Assembly: GCA_964510885.1 (NCBI GenBank)
Contig: CAZEDL010000007.1
Location: 13,999-77,998 of the forward strand
Length of the DNA: 64,000 nucleotides
Reading direction: 5' to 3'
Origin: an uncultured Gammaproteobacteria bacterium
GTDB lineage: Bacteria > Patescibacteriota > Patescibacteriia > Magasanikbacterales > GWA2-37-8
Part shown: one piece after another, positions 25,997-37,241 of the stretch
Position numbering within the stretch: the stretch's first letter is position 1
Layout: every line of letters begins with the position of its first letter
Notes under the pieces: model-generated
The model's input: the letters and a program-made list of their open reading frames with translations, nothing else
What the model was told of the DNA's origin: nothing
The model's database searches: none
Position numbers and translations under genes: made by a program

Positions 25997-27157
25997 ATGG
26001 CCCTGACTCCCTCCGAACAATTCAACCATCTGATCGGGCAGAGCCAGCAGATCCTGATTGTTTTCAGCCCCGGAACTGCCCTCGATGCGATCGCGAGCAG
26101 CCTCGCTCTCAAGCGCTGGCTGGAGAAAAAAAACAAGCGGGCCGATGTGGCCGCCGCTGGTTTTGTGTTGCCTAAAAATGCCCGCTTCCTGCCCGGCAGC
26201 AGCGACATCAAACCCCTACTTCAAGAATTACAAAAATTCATTATCAAAATTGATGTCTCGAATGCCCCGCTTGAAACCTTAAGCTACGATGTGAGCGGCA
26301 ATACCCTATCGATTTATCTCACTCCAAAGAGCGGCCTGCTCAGCAAAAACGAACTGCGCACGGCGCAATCAACCTTTAAATACGATTTAATAATTACCCT
26401 TAACACACCCGACCTGGCCGCACTCGGCACCGTTTTTTCTGCCAACCCCGATTTATTTTACCGCACCCCGCTCGTAAATATCGATTACCACGCCACCAAT
26501 GAACATTACGGCCAGGTAAATCTGGTAGACATCACCGCCACTTCGGTAGCCGAAACTCTGACGCATGTACTGAAACAAATCGATGAAGCGGCTTGCGATA
26601 CCGGCGTAGCCACCGCCCTCTTGACCGGCATGGTGGCCGCCACGCACAGTTTCAAAAATGCCAACGTCACGCCGCAAGCCCTGCAACTCGCCAGCAATCT
26701 GATCAAGCAAGGCGCGGAACGTGAAACCGTAATCCACCACCTCTATCATGCCCATTCGCTCACCACACTCAAGCTCTGGGGCCATGCCCTGACGCATTTA
26801 CAAAATGATGGCGAAACCGGCCTCGTCTGGGCCAGCCTGACCCGCGATGATTTCGTCCGCTCCGGAGCCAGTGAACAGGACCTATATGGCATCATTGAAG
26901 AACTAATCAACAATTCTCCCGAAGCCAAAGTAACGGCTTTATTTTACGAATCCACTCTCCCCAACTCTAACACTATTCATTGTCTCGTTAGCAGCGGCAA
27001 ACATGCTAATGCCAGCGAACTCCTTAAATCATTCAACCCAACCGGAGATAAAAAACAAGCCAGCATTGTGCTGACGGAAAAAACTTTGAAAGAAGCGGAA
27101 ACTATAGTGCTCTCTGTCATTAAAAACAACCTAAATAATAAATTGGGTTCCACTTAA
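25997..27157 (+). CDS. DHH/DHHA1-family phosphoesterase-like protein (NrnA-like) with degenerate catalytic motifs
   Basis: NIDYHATNEH resembles DHH motif III (usually IDHH). C-terminal SSGKHANA resembles the DHHA1 GGGH motif. Motif I is degenerate (FSPGTALDAIAS). Confidence 0.5.
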   Translation: MALTPSEQFNHLIGQSQQILIVFSPGTALDAIASSLALKRWLEKKNKRADVAAAGFVLPKNARFLPGSSDIKPLLQELQKFIIKIDVSNAPLETLSYDVSGNTLSIYLTPKSGLLSKNELRTAQSTFKYDLIITLNTPDLAALGTVFSANPDLFYRTPLVNIDYHATNEHYGQVNLVDITATSVAETLTHVLKQIDEAACDTGVATALLTGMVAATHSFKNANVTPQALQLASNLIKQGAERETVIHHLYHAHSLTTLKLWGHALTHLQNDGETGLVWASLTRDDFVRSGASEQDLYGIIEELINNSPEAKVTALFYESTLPNSNTIHCLVSSGKHANASELLKSFNPTGDKKQASIVLTEKTLKEAETIVLSVIKNNLNNKLGST

Positions 27158-27182
27158 TCAATTCACTCTAAAAAAAATAAAA

Positions 27183-27257
27183 GAATCTGGAATTTCGAAT
27201 TTGAATCTAGCACGAAACAGCCAGACACATACATTCTAAATTCCAGATTCCAAATTC
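27183..27257. repeat. Long palindromic element (family 3) downstream of iPGM copy 1
   Basis: The right arm ATTCTAAATTCCAGATTCCAAATTC is identical to the copy at 28913-28937. The left arm GAATCTGGAATTTCGAAT is complementary. An A/T run follows. Confidence 0.75.
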
Positions 27258-27267
27258 TTCACGCCAA

Positions 27268-28851
27268 CTACACCAAACTCCTCCCCGTCATCTCCGGCGG
27301 CTGAGGCAGACCCATAAGCGATAATACCGTCGGCGCCACATCGGCCAAAATTCCAACTGGTGATAACAAGCTAAGATCGCCTTCCAGGGCATCTCCCGAC
27401 GGCCCAGCCGTGCCCTGAAAATCTTTGCCGATAATCAAGAGCGGCACCGGGCTCGTGGAATGTTCTTTATCGATCTCGCCCGTCTGCAAATTAAGCACAC
27501 ATTCGGCATTGCCATGATCGGCTGTCATCACCACCACGCCGCCTTTGGCGAGCGTATGATCTACCACCTCTTTAAACGCCTGATCACACGCTTCAATCGC
27601 TTTGATACTTGCTTCGAGGTTCCCAGTGTGCCCCACCATATCCGGGTTGGCAAAATTCATTGCCACGAAATCAAACTGCCCACTATCGATCGCTTTGGCC
27701 GCTTCTTTAGCCACTGCACGCACCGACATTTCAGGCGCGTCGGCATAACTAGCCACCTTGGGCGAGGGCACGAGCACACGCTCTTCGCCAGGGAATGCCG
27801 TTTCTACCGTCCCGTTCAAGAAGAACGTCATGTGCGCATACTTTTCCGTCTCGGCAATATGAACTTGCTTTAAGCCGGCCTTACTCACTGTCTCGGCCAG
27901 CGAATTAGTCACAATAATCGGCGGATAGGCCACAATCACCGGCAATTCTTTTTCATATTCCGTCATGGTAACAAACCATAATTTATCATAATATGTGCGC
28001 TCAAATTTGTGGAATCCCGGCAACACAAACGCCTGCGTCAATTGCCTAGCCCGATCCGGACGAAAATTGAAGAATATAACGGCATCACCATTTTCAATCC
28101 TAGCCACCGGTTTCCCGCCGTCGGTAAGTACCGTCGGCACGAATTCTTCATCATAATTTTTTTGTTCATAGCTTGCTTCCACCGCCGCCACCGGATCAGT
28201 CGCCGTGCGTTCGGCCACCCCCTCAGTCATTGCCCGATAGGCTTTTTCTACCCTGTCCCAACGATTGTCGCGATCCATAGCATAATACCGGCCAGATAGA
28301 GTCGCGATCTTGCCTACCTTGAGACTTTTCAGTTTCGCCTGCAACTCTTTCACTATACCAAGGCCCGAATTAAATACCATGTCACGCCCATCAAGAATAG
28401 CGTGCACGAATACTTCTTTGGACAGTCCTTGAGCTTTACATAATTCCAAGAGAGCAGACAGGTGTTCATCGCTGGCATGTACATTACCCGACCCAACCAG
28501 CCCCACCAGATGCAATTTACTCTTATTCGCGCGCACTTTTTCAACTGCTTTCAAAAATGCCGGATTGGTAAAAAACTCTTGACTGCTAATCTCTTGGTTA
28601 ATGCGCGGACACGATTGATAATATACGCGGCCCGCCCCGATATTCAGATGCCCCACTTCAGAATTTCCCATTTCTTGCGGCATGATGCCAACTTCCATCC
28701 CCGAGGCATAGAGCGTCATCACCGGATAATTTTTCACGTACGATAAAAAATTCGGAATAGTAGCACGAGTGATAGCATTCCCCTCGCTGTCCGGGGCTAC
28801 ACCCCAGCCGTCAAAGACGGTCAGCACTACTGGTTTATAATTATAAGGCAT
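27268..28851 (-). CDS. gpmI: 2,3-bisphosphoglycerate-independent phosphoglycerate mutase (copy 1)
   Basis: MPYNYKPVVLTVFDGWGVA..., catalytic-Ser region GNSEVGHLNIGAGR, C-terminal phosphotransferase domain. 527 aa. Confidence 0.9.
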   Translation of the reverse strand: MPYNYKPVVLTVFDGWGVAPDSEGNAITRATIPNFLSYVKNYPVMTLYASGMEVGIMPQEMGNSEVGHLNIGAGRVYYQSCPRINQEISSQEFFTNPAFLKAVEKVRANKSKLHLVGLVGSGNVHASDEHLSALLELCKAQGLSKEVFVHAILDGRDMVFNSGLGIVKELQAKLKSLKVGKIATLSGRYYAMDRDNRWDRVEKAYRAMTEGVAERTATDPVAAVEASYEQKNYDEEFVPTVLTDGGKPVARIENGDAVIFFNFRPDRARQLTQAFVLPGFHKFERTYYDKLWFVTMTEYEKELPVIVAYPPIIVTNSLAETVSKAGLKQVHIAETEKYAHMTFFLNGTVETAFPGEERVLVPSPKVASYADAPEMSVRAVAKEAAKAIDSGQFDFVAMNFANPDMVGHTGNLEASIKAIEACDQAFKEVVDHTLAKGGVVVMTADHGNAECVLNLQTGEIDKEHSTSPVPLLIIGKDFQGTAGPSGDALEGDLSLLSPVGILADVAPTVLSLMGLPQPPEMTGRSLV

Positions 28852-28855
28852 AAAA

Positions 28856-28937
28856 AATCTGGAATCTGGAATTTAGAATCTAGAATATAGAGAACAGTAC
28901 TGAAAAAATACTATTCTAAATTCCAGATTCCAAATTC
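28856..28937. repeat. Long palindromic element (family 3) downstream of iPGM copy 2
   Basis: A >=19-bp stem GGAATCTGGAATTTAGAAT / ATTCTAAATTCCAGATTCC around a ~33-nt loop. The T-run on the minus strand fits a terminator for gene 2. Confidence 0.75.
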
Positions 28938-28946
28938 TAAATTCAA

Positions 28947-30521
28947 TCACCAGAGCACCCTCCCCGTCATCTCTCCCGGAATGGCTATCTCCATACTTTT
29001 TAAAACACTCGGCGCCACATCAGCCAAACTGCCAGCGCGCAAGTGTTGTCCGCCCTTTAAGCCAAGCGCCGTGAGCCGCTCCGGCGGAGCCACCACCACA
29101 AATGGCACGGGATTACGCGAATGCTCAGTATCTATTTCTCCGGTTTTAATATTTTTCATCTCTTCGGCATTGCCATGATCCGCAGTGATAAAAACGGTAG
29201 CACCTGTAGCAAGGGCAGCACTAACAACTCGTTCTAAGGCTACATCGAGCACCCTAATCGATTCTTCTGTCGCTCCTAATTGGCCAGTATGACCAAGCAT
29301 ATCCGCATTGGCAAAATTTGCCGCTAACAAATCATACTGCTTGCTCTCGAGCGCTTTAATCAAGGCTTCGGCAATAGCAGCTGCCTGCATGGCTGGCTTA
29401 TCGGTGAAACGCTCCACACTATCAGAGGGTATTTTTAACCAGGTTATATTGCCTGAATGATCGGCATAACCACCATTAAAAAAATAAGTTATATGGGCAA
29501 ATTTTTCCGATTCAGCCACATATAGTTGTCGCCGCTCACCAAGCTGATTCACGAAGCCGCCCACCACATCGCGACTCGGAAAAGCCGTCAAGACCCCCGG
29601 CAAATCAGGGCCAAAATCCGTCATCGCCACAAATCTAATATGTGCCGGCATCCGGACACGGTCGAAGCTGGCCGCATTAGCCTTTGTGAAATCTGGCTGA
29701 ACAAAAGCTTTAGTTAGCTGGCGCGCCCGGTCGCTGCGCAAATTAAAAAAGAATACTACATCATTATCCTCCACCGGGCCAACTGGCTTGCCTTGGTCAG
29801 TTACCATCACTGTTGGCGCAACAAACTCATCGCTCTCGCCGCGATTATACGCCTCGGCGATAGCCGCTTCAGCCGTAGTAGTCGTATGCCGAGCCGAACC
29901 ATTAACAATTGCATTATAGGCCTGCTCCGTGCGCTGCCAATTTTTATTTCGATCCATGCTATAGAGCCGCCCACAAATACTAGCGATTTGTTCGCTCCCA
30001 TGACAGCGATCGCGTAATTTTTTTAGATACTGCAGAGCATCATGCTCACCTGAATCGCGTCCATCGGTAAATAAATGTAAATATACTTTTGTTATCCCTT
30101 CTCGTGACAACAGATCAAGCAGTGCATACACATGCTCGGGCGAACTGTGGGCACTATTGTGGTTGCTAAGCAAGCCCATCACATGGGCCGCCGTATTATA
30201 TTTTTTAAGATGATGCACCGCTTCATGAAATGCTGTATTTTTAAAAAATGTACCGTCTTCAATCGCCTCCGAGACATATAACGCATCCTGCTTCACCACC
30301 CGGCCCGCCCCCAAATTTAAATGTCCGGCTTCGCTATTACCCTCTTGCCCCTCGAACAAACCAACCGCCGCACCACTGGCCGCAAGCTCGGTATGCGGAT
30401 ACGTCTTTAACCACTCAAAAAAATGCGGTGCCGTGCGGGCCGAAATAGCTGATACATCGTGGTCAGTGGCTGGGCAGCCCCAGCCGTCTAATATCAAGAG
30501 CAACGTGGGAGAAGGTGTCAT
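28947..30521 (-). CDS. gpmI: 2,3-bisphosphoglycerate-independent phosphoglycerate mutase (copy 2, diverged paralog)
   Basis: MTPSPTLLLILDGWGCPA... GNSEAGHLNLGAGR. 524 aa, the same domain order as copy 1 but a clearly diverged sequence. Confidence 0.9.
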   Translation of the reverse strand: MTPSPTLLLILDGWGCPATDHDVSAISARTAPHFFEWLKTYPHTELAASGAAVGLFEGQEGNSEAGHLNLGAGRVVKQDALYVSEAIEDGTFFKNTAFHEAVHHLKKYNTAAHVMGLLSNHNSAHSSPEHVYALLDLLSREGITKVYLHLFTDGRDSGEHDALQYLKKLRDRCHGSEQIASICGRLYSMDRNKNWQRTEQAYNAIVNGSARHTTTTAEAAIAEAYNRGESDEFVAPTVMVTDQGKPVGPVEDNDVVFFFNLRSDRARQLTKAFVQPDFTKANAASFDRVRMPAHIRFVAMTDFGPDLPGVLTAFPSRDVVGGFVNQLGERRQLYVAESEKFAHITYFFNGGYADHSGNITWLKIPSDSVERFTDKPAMQAAAIAEALIKALESKQYDLLAANFANADMLGHTGQLGATEESIRVLDVALERVVSAALATGATVFITADHGNAEEMKNIKTGEIDTEHSRNPVPFVVVAPPERLTALGLKGGQHLRAGSLADVAPSVLKSMEIAIPGEMTGRVLW

Positions 30522-30859
30522 ACCCGTAATAATTTTTTATTGCGACGATGCCGATATTTATCGCGTGTCGATTTTTTGGCCATATTTTTGGCAAAGGCTG
30601 TCGACAGGTCAACACCGGTTTGATTCGCCAAGCAGAGTAGTACAAATAGCACATCCGCCATTTCATCGGCAAGATCGTGCTTGTGGTCAGTTTTTTTAAA
30701 GCTCTGCTCACCATATCGGCGCACCACTATCCGGGCCAATTCACCGACTTCCTCCATCAATTGGCCAAGATTAGTCAGTTCCGAAAAATAACGGACGCCA
30801 ACTGTTTTGATCCACTCATCTACCTGTGCTTGCATGTCCGCCATGGTTGGCTTCGTCAT
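30518..30859 (-). CDS. MazG-like nucleotide pyrophosphohydrolase (single-domain)
   Basis: QLMEEVGELARIV...DLADEMADVLFVLLCLANQTGVDL. The EExxE/DxxD metal-binding helix pattern of MazG/NTP-PPase. Confidence 0.7.
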   Translation of the reverse strand: MTKPTMADMQAQVDEWIKTVGVRYFSELTNLGQLMEEVGELARIVVRRYGEQSFKKTDHKHDLADEMADVLFVLLCLANQTGVDLSTAFAKNMAKKSTRDKYRHRRNKKLLRV

Positions 30860-30874
30860 ATCAGGGGCTACAAA

Positions 30875-32300
<1,426 letters not shown>

Positions 32301-32344
32301 TGAGTTCAGAACTGCCTTACTATAACATACTTATACTGAGTCTA

Positions 32345-32372
32345 AAAGAGTCCCGATGTAATCGGGACTCTT
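32345..32372 (-). terminator. Intrinsic terminator downstream of the SIMPL-domain gene
   Basis: GAGTCCCGAT-tacat-ATCGGGACTC followed by TTTTAG on the minus strand. Confidence 0.6.
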
Positions 32373-32401
32373 ATCTATAATATGGCTAATGTAAGATATT
32401 T

Positions 32402-33340
32402 TTACCACCGACTCCAGCGGCTGGTTGGCGACATAATTTCATATGTTACACTCACATTCATCACCACATCTTTGCTGCCAGCGGGAGCACCAGACGAAGC
32501 GGATGCTTCAGGGGAAAGAGGAGTGTCAACTGCCTTCGAAACTGCCGCTCCATAAAAAATTGGATAGTCAGAACCCTCATATTCAGAGTACGTCACCACA
32601 CTCTTCAAACGCACCCCGAGCGTTTCAGCGAGCTTTACCGCCTTCATTTGAGCATCTTGAAGCGCCTTATCGCGAGCGACGGTTTTAAGATTATCAGTAT
32701 CGTCAATGGTAAATTGCAACTCCCCCACCTGATTAGCACCATACTTTCCAGCAAGCGACAATACGGCCGGAATCATATTCAAATCACGAATTTTTACCTG
32801 CAGACTGCTGTCGACATGATAGCCGCGAAGTTCCGGCGCTTTGTCGGGTACTGCGGTATATTCCGGACGAATGCTGTAACCCGTCTTAAGATCCTTGTCA
32901 TCAATGCCAAGTGCGCGCACTTCTTTCAAAATCGGATCCATCACCGATTTATTATTCTTCTGGGCAGTCGCGACATCTTTATCGGTGTTACCATACCCGA
33001 GGCTTGTCACTGCAATATCATTGTTACCAGTGACTTTGCCAGTGCCGTTCACCGTAATCGTGCGTTCAGATTTATCAGCCAGGCCAATCGTCTCGTAATT
33101 CTTTATATTACTGTGGATGAGCGTACCGATATAAAAAATGATATACACCAGGAGTACGCCGCCAAGCGTCATGAGAATTTTTTTACCAAAAGCTCCGTTG
33201 CAGCACCAGAGCGAATGGCATTTTTTCATAAATGGACTATCCATATCATCCGTGCCGGGACGCATGTCTCGGCGCGGGGTTGCAGTTGATTTTGTTGTCG
33301 TCGTTGGCATACGATTCACCTTTCTGAATCGCTCCCGCAC
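32402..33340 (-). CDS. SIMPL/DUF541-domain protein (periplasmic or membrane-anchored)
   Basis: N-terminal TM (ILMTLGGVLLVYIIFYIGTLI), then ITVNGTGKVTGNNDIAVTSLGYG...GYSIRPEY...QVGELQFTID, typical of DUF541. Confidence 0.65.
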   Translation of the reverse strand: MRERFRKVNRMPTTTTKSTATPRRDMRPGTDDMDSPFMKKCHSLWCCNGAFGKKILMTLGGVLLVYIIFYIGTLIHSNIKNYETIGLADKSERTITVNGTGKVTGNNDIAVTSLGYGNTDKDVATAQKNNKSVMDPILKEVRALGIDDKDLKTGYSIRPEYTAVPDKAPELRGYHVDSSLQVKIRDLNMIPAVLSLAGKYGANQVGELQFTIDDTDNLKTVARDKALQDAQMKAVKLAETLGVRLKSVVTYSEYEGSDYPIFYGAAVSKAVDTPLSPEASASSGAPAGSKDVVMNVSVTYEIMSPTSRWSRW

Positions 33341-33391
33341 GGGTGGCGACTCTATTTAAAATAAATTGATAAAATTAGTATAACACAAAAT

Positions 33392-34585
33392 TTATTTTTT
33401 TCGTAGCACTTCAATCCCTGGTAAATCTTGGCCGCTTAAAAATTCGAGCATAGCGCCGCCGCCGGTCGACACCAAATCAATATCTGCAATCAAATGTAAT
33501 TTTTTAAGTACTTCCACCGTCTCACCGCCGCCACACACGCCAAACGCCGACCCTTTAGAACGCGCCGCAATGATCCGCGCGATCGCTTCCGTGCCATACT
33601 GATACGGAGCCTGTTCAAAATAACCAAGCGCACCATTCCACAAGATAGTATTCGCCGTCTTTATATGCTGAGAGAATAATTCCACCGTGCGCGGCCCCAC
33701 ATCATAAATCGCCTCATCTTTAGACAATGCCAAGAGAGTCTCGCCGATCTCTACCACCCGCACCTGCGTGCCATCTTTAGAACCCACCACCACATCAATT
33801 GGCAGCACTACTTTTTTCTCAGCGGCGTATAATCGCGCTTCATCATAGAGCGAGGTATCAGCTAAGGACCCGCCAATCCCGTGGCCGCGAGCAGCCAGAC
33901 ACGTATTTGCCACTCCGCCGCCAAGTAATACCCGATCAGCGAGCGGTAATAATTTTTTAAGTACCGGAATTTTGGTTTCCATCTTCGCACCACCGAGCAC
34001 TAGCACCAATGGTTCTTTTGGCTCCGTCATCACCCGAGTCAACCCGGTAACTTCTACTTCCAAAAGGAGCCCCGCATACGCCGGCAAAAATTCCGCCACA
34101 CCCGACACCGATGCAGCCGGACGGTGGCTGACCCCAAACCCGTCGAGCACAAACAAATCAGCCAATTTTATAAAATCTCGTGCTAGGGTGCCAGTATTAC
34201 TGGCTTCATCTGGAAAAAATCTAATATTTTCAAGCAACATAACGGCACCGGGAGGCAGGCGGGAAATTTTTTGATTGGCAGCTGCCCAAAAATGCGGGCC
34301 GGGCTCATCGGCAAACCATTCCACGCTCTGACCCAGTTCCCGCGACAGATATGCTGCTATTGGCTCAAGTGATAGTTTTTTATCCACCCCTTCCGGCCGA
34401 CCAAGATGGCTCGTTATAATCACGATTGCACCCTTAGCAGATAAATAGGCAATGGTAGCAAGCCCCTGTGACAATTTAAAATCATCAGTGATCTGCCCGT
34501 TTAAAATCGGTACATTAAAATCCGATCGAAGCAGTACGCGGCGGCGATACAAATTTTTTACTTGAGTGATAGATGGCAACCGCAT
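33392..34585 (-). CDS. pgk: Phosphoglycerate kinase
   Basis: VLLRSDFNVPI... and the conserved hinge and ATP-binding regions. 397 aa. Confidence 0.95.
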   Translation of the reverse strand: MRLPSITQVKNLYRRRVLLRSDFNVPILNGQITDDFKLSQGLATIAYLSAKGAIVIITSHLGRPEGVDKKLSLEPIAAYLSRELGQSVEWFADEPGPHFWAAANQKISRLPPGAVMLLENIRFFPDEASNTGTLARDFIKLADLFVLDGFGVSHRPAASVSGVAEFLPAYAGLLLEVEVTGLTRVMTEPKEPLVLVLGGAKMETKIPVLKKLLPLADRVLLGGGVANTCLAARGHGIGGSLADTSLYDEARLYAAEKKVVLPIDVVVGSKDGTQVRVVEIGETLLALSKDEAIYDVGPRTVELFSQHIKTANTILWNGALGYFEQAPYQYGTEAIARIIAARSKGSAFGVCGGGETVEVLKKLHLIADIDLVSTGGGAMLEFLSGQDLPGIEVLRKK

Positions 34586-34646
34586 AATAAAAAATATGGC
34601 AGTAGTATACCATATTTTTAAAACTCATTCATCTCAGAAATTTGCC

Positions 34647-35684
34647 TCAATTACTCAACTGCTCGTAACCCGGTTGATCCGGCCACACATATTCGGAAAA
34701 AATCCAATCCGCCACATCGCGCGCTTCGGTAAACCGAGATTCATTGGTGGCGCTGCCAAACACAATCACTCGAATCGGGTGATGAGCCTCAGTTTCAAAC
34801 TGCATCGCCACATTATAAAGTGAGTTATTAATAAAACCGGTTTTTCCAACCACCTGATTTTTGTCATACTCGCTTGGAATCCATTTGGTTAATAGCCAAT
34901 TAGTGCTCCAGATGCGGCGCTTCTTCGCTTGGCCGATCGGCTTGGCATAGTATTCGCCAATTTCGAGTATAGAACGAATACGATCGTTCTTTAGTGCTAC
35001 TTCGAGCAAACGGCCAACATCAATCACATTGCCAACATTCTGCTCATCAAGCCCGGTTGGCTCCACCACTTTTACAGACGTGAGATGCAACTCCGCAGCC
35101 TTGGCATTCAATCGTTCCACAAATTCGGCCTGCGTCAGCCCACTCTCGCGAACCAGGGCATTGATGGCAGTATTCGACGATCCAACGAGCGCAATATGAA
35201 ACAAATCTTCAAGAGTATATTTTTCACCGACATTAATATGATGGCTACTGCCATCAGAATCAGCTTCTGTGACCACCGTAGTACTCGCCCACCGCATCGG
35301 CAAATCTACGAGCACCAAACTCGTCAACAACTTGCTAATACTGGCGAGCGAGCGAATTTCGGTGCTATTTTTTTCGTATAAAATGGTATCAGTTCGATCA
35401 TCAAGCGCGATCACACTCTCCGCCGTAAGCGTAGAAGGAAAGGTCGACGTTGGATTTTTTAACAGCGGCACGAGTGGCCGACTCGGCGGGAGTTGGTCCA
35501 AAATCACATCACCCCCAACTGGCTGACGCTCGCCGGCCCGCGGCAAAAATGAGATCTGACCACCGACTGCCTGTTTACTGGCATATACGGAACCAGCCAA
35601 CAGAAAAAGCACCCCGAGCACGATCGGCCCGAGCCATGATACGGCCGAACCGGCACGCTGTTTAACAGTCATTTGTTCATCCAT
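34647..35684 (-). CDS. D-alanyl-D-alanine carboxypeptidase (S11, PBP5-like)
   Basis: SxxK in SLASISKLLT, KTG in VGKTGFINNS, N-terminal signal/TM. Confidence 0.75.
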   Translation of the reverse strand: MDEQMTVKQRAGSAVSWLGPIVLGVLFLLAGSVYASKQAVGGQISFLPRAGERQPVGGDVILDQLPPSRPLVPLLKNPTSTFPSTLTAESVIALDDRTDTILYEKNSTEIRSLASISKLLTSLVLVDLPMRWASTTVVTEADSDGSSHHINVGEKYTLEDLFHIALVGSSNTAINALVRESGLTQAEFVERLNAKAAELHLTSVKVVEPTGLDEQNVGNVIDVGRLLEVALKNDRIRSILEIGEYYAKPIGQAKKRRIWSTNWLLTKWIPSEYDKNQVVGKTGFINNSLYNVAMQFETEAHHPIRVIVFGSATNESRFTEARDVADWIFSEYVWPDQPGYEQLSN

Positions 35685-35688
35685 ACCG

Positions 35689-36261
35689 TCAGGTTTGATT
35701 AGTCTCGGCAGCAGCGCTAGCAGCCTTTGGATTCAGCACCGGGGCTAAAAATTCATGAGTATGCAGCTGTTCATACTCCGGCAATTCAGCAACGCTCGCC
35801 ACCCCAATATGCCGCAAATAATTAATCGTTACCATATATTTAGGAAGCAGATTCAAATCGTCCCCCACTTCTTCCACCAGTCCTCGCAGCATCAAATTGC
35901 GCAAAATAACCGAACAATTTACGCCGCGCAGCTGCTCTATCTCCGGCCGGGTGAGCGGCCCGCAATATGAAATCACCGTCAACGTCTCTAATTGCGGCCG
36001 AGTCAATTCGCCAGTAATCTCACTGCGCAAAAACCGTTCCACCAATTCCTGGTGCTCGGGCTTCGTGATCAGTTGGTAGTCGCTGCCATTATGCATCAAC
36101 ATAAGGCCCGACTCTTGGGCGTCATATCGTGCCTTCAAAACCTGTAGCGCTGTCACCACTTCCATTTCATCGGCTGCCACCGCTTTGCTTAATTGTTTTA
36201 CCGATACTGGTGCAGCCACCACGAGCAGTACTGCTTCGAGCGCTGGAACTAAACTTGCCAT
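35689..36261 (-). CDS. scpB: Segregation and condensation protein B
   Basis: LEAVLLVVAAPVSVKQLSKAV...GLMLMHNGSDYQLITKPE...TLTVISYCGPLTRPEIEQLRGVN. ScpB tandem winged-helix pattern. Confidence 0.85.
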   Translation of the reverse strand: MASLVPALEAVLLVVAAPVSVKQLSKAVAADEMEVVTALQVLKARYDAQESGLMLMHNGSDYQLITKPEHQELVERFLRSEITGELTRPQLETLTVISYCGPLTRPEIEQLRGVNCSVILRNLMLRGLVEEVGDDLNLLPKYMVTINYLRHIGVASVAELPEYEQLHTHEFLAPVLNPKAASAAAETNQT

Positions 36262-36347
36262 ACGTTATAAATTTATAGAAATTAGCCAGTAAGTTTAACT
36301 GACTACTTCAAACCATTGTCTAAACTTTTCTAAAAATCTTCATTCTT

Positions 36348-36417
36348 TGTCATTCTGAGCGGAGCGAAGAATCTTTACTCGTTTAGTGAAGATCCTTCAC
36401 TGCGTTCAGGATGACAA
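36348..36417. repeat. Two family-1 hairpin units in inverted orientation (BIME-like pair) between scpB and scpA
   Basis: TGTCATTCTGAGCGGAGCGAAGAATC ... GATCCTTCACTGCGTTCAGGATGACAA. Confidence 0.8.
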
Positions 36418-36452
36418 CGGACAAAACTATCTATCAGTTTGAAGACTCATCA

Positions 36453-37148
36453 TTATACTCTTTCAAGTACCAGCTCGGCAAACGTATCAGGTTGGCTGAC
36501 CACAATCTCTTGCCGCTTACACAATTCAAGCAGGGCTAAAAAGTGGACAATGATTTCTGTTTTATGCGGCCGCTCACCAAGCAGATGGCTGAAATGAAAT
36601 TTCTCAAGCTCTTTCAACCGCTCCCGAATAGACGCCAACGTCTCTTTGATCGACACAGTGCGATCAATTGAAAGTTGCGGCAAGGTGGGCAGCGGCTTCC
36701 AGCGTTTCAAGAGCATAGTCATCGCCCGGTGCAGCGCTGAAGCCCCTGCCTTTTCGGGAAACGTGGGCTCAAGGGCCGGCACCTTAGTTGCTTCGAGCCG
36801 TCCATAGCACTGCGCCGCATCGCTCCACCGATCGCGAATCAATTCGCTGGCATCCACATAGCGCTTATACAATTTAAGCTGATCCACGAGCCCCGGCCCT
36901 CCGTCTTCTTCCGCGGGATACAAATACGGCAATAAGACGCGCGATTTCAAATACAATAACCGGCTCGCCAGCACCAAAAAATCTGCCATGCTTTCGGAGC
37001 GATCATCGAGTTTTTCGAGTTCTGCCAAATAGTGCTCCGTAATCTCAGTCAGTGAAATATCAGTGATCGGCAAATTTTCCTCAGTCACGAGTTTAAGGAG
37101 CAAATCAAGCGGCCCTTCAAATTGAGCAATTTTTACGGTGGTCGACAT
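36453..37148 (-). CDS. scpA: Segregation and condensation protein A
   Basis: KIAQFEGPLDLLLKLVTEENLPITDISLTEITEHYL. ScpA N-terminal kleisin motif. Confidence 0.85.
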   Translation of the reverse strand: MSTTVKIAQFEGPLDLLLKLVTEENLPITDISLTEITEHYLAELEKLDDRSESMADFLVLASRLLYLKSRVLLPYLYPAEEDGGPGLVDQLKLYKRYVDASELIRDRWSDAAQCYGRLEATKVPALEPTFPEKAGASALHRAMTMLLKRWKPLPTLPQLSIDRTVSIKETLASIRERLKELEKFHFSHLLGERPHKTEIIVHFLALLELCKRQEIVVSQPDTFAELVLERV

Positions 37149-37200
37149 ACCATTATAAAGTCATTCATCGGCGGAGGGAGGAGAGAAGCCTCTCTCAAAT

Positions 37201-37224
37201 TGTCATTCCCGCCTGCGCGGAAAT
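37201..37224. repeat. Family-1 hairpin unit between scpA and aspS
   Basis: TGTCATTCCCGCCTGCGCGGAAAT. Confidence 0.75.
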
Positions 37225-37241
37225 GATAGACAAAACCAAAA

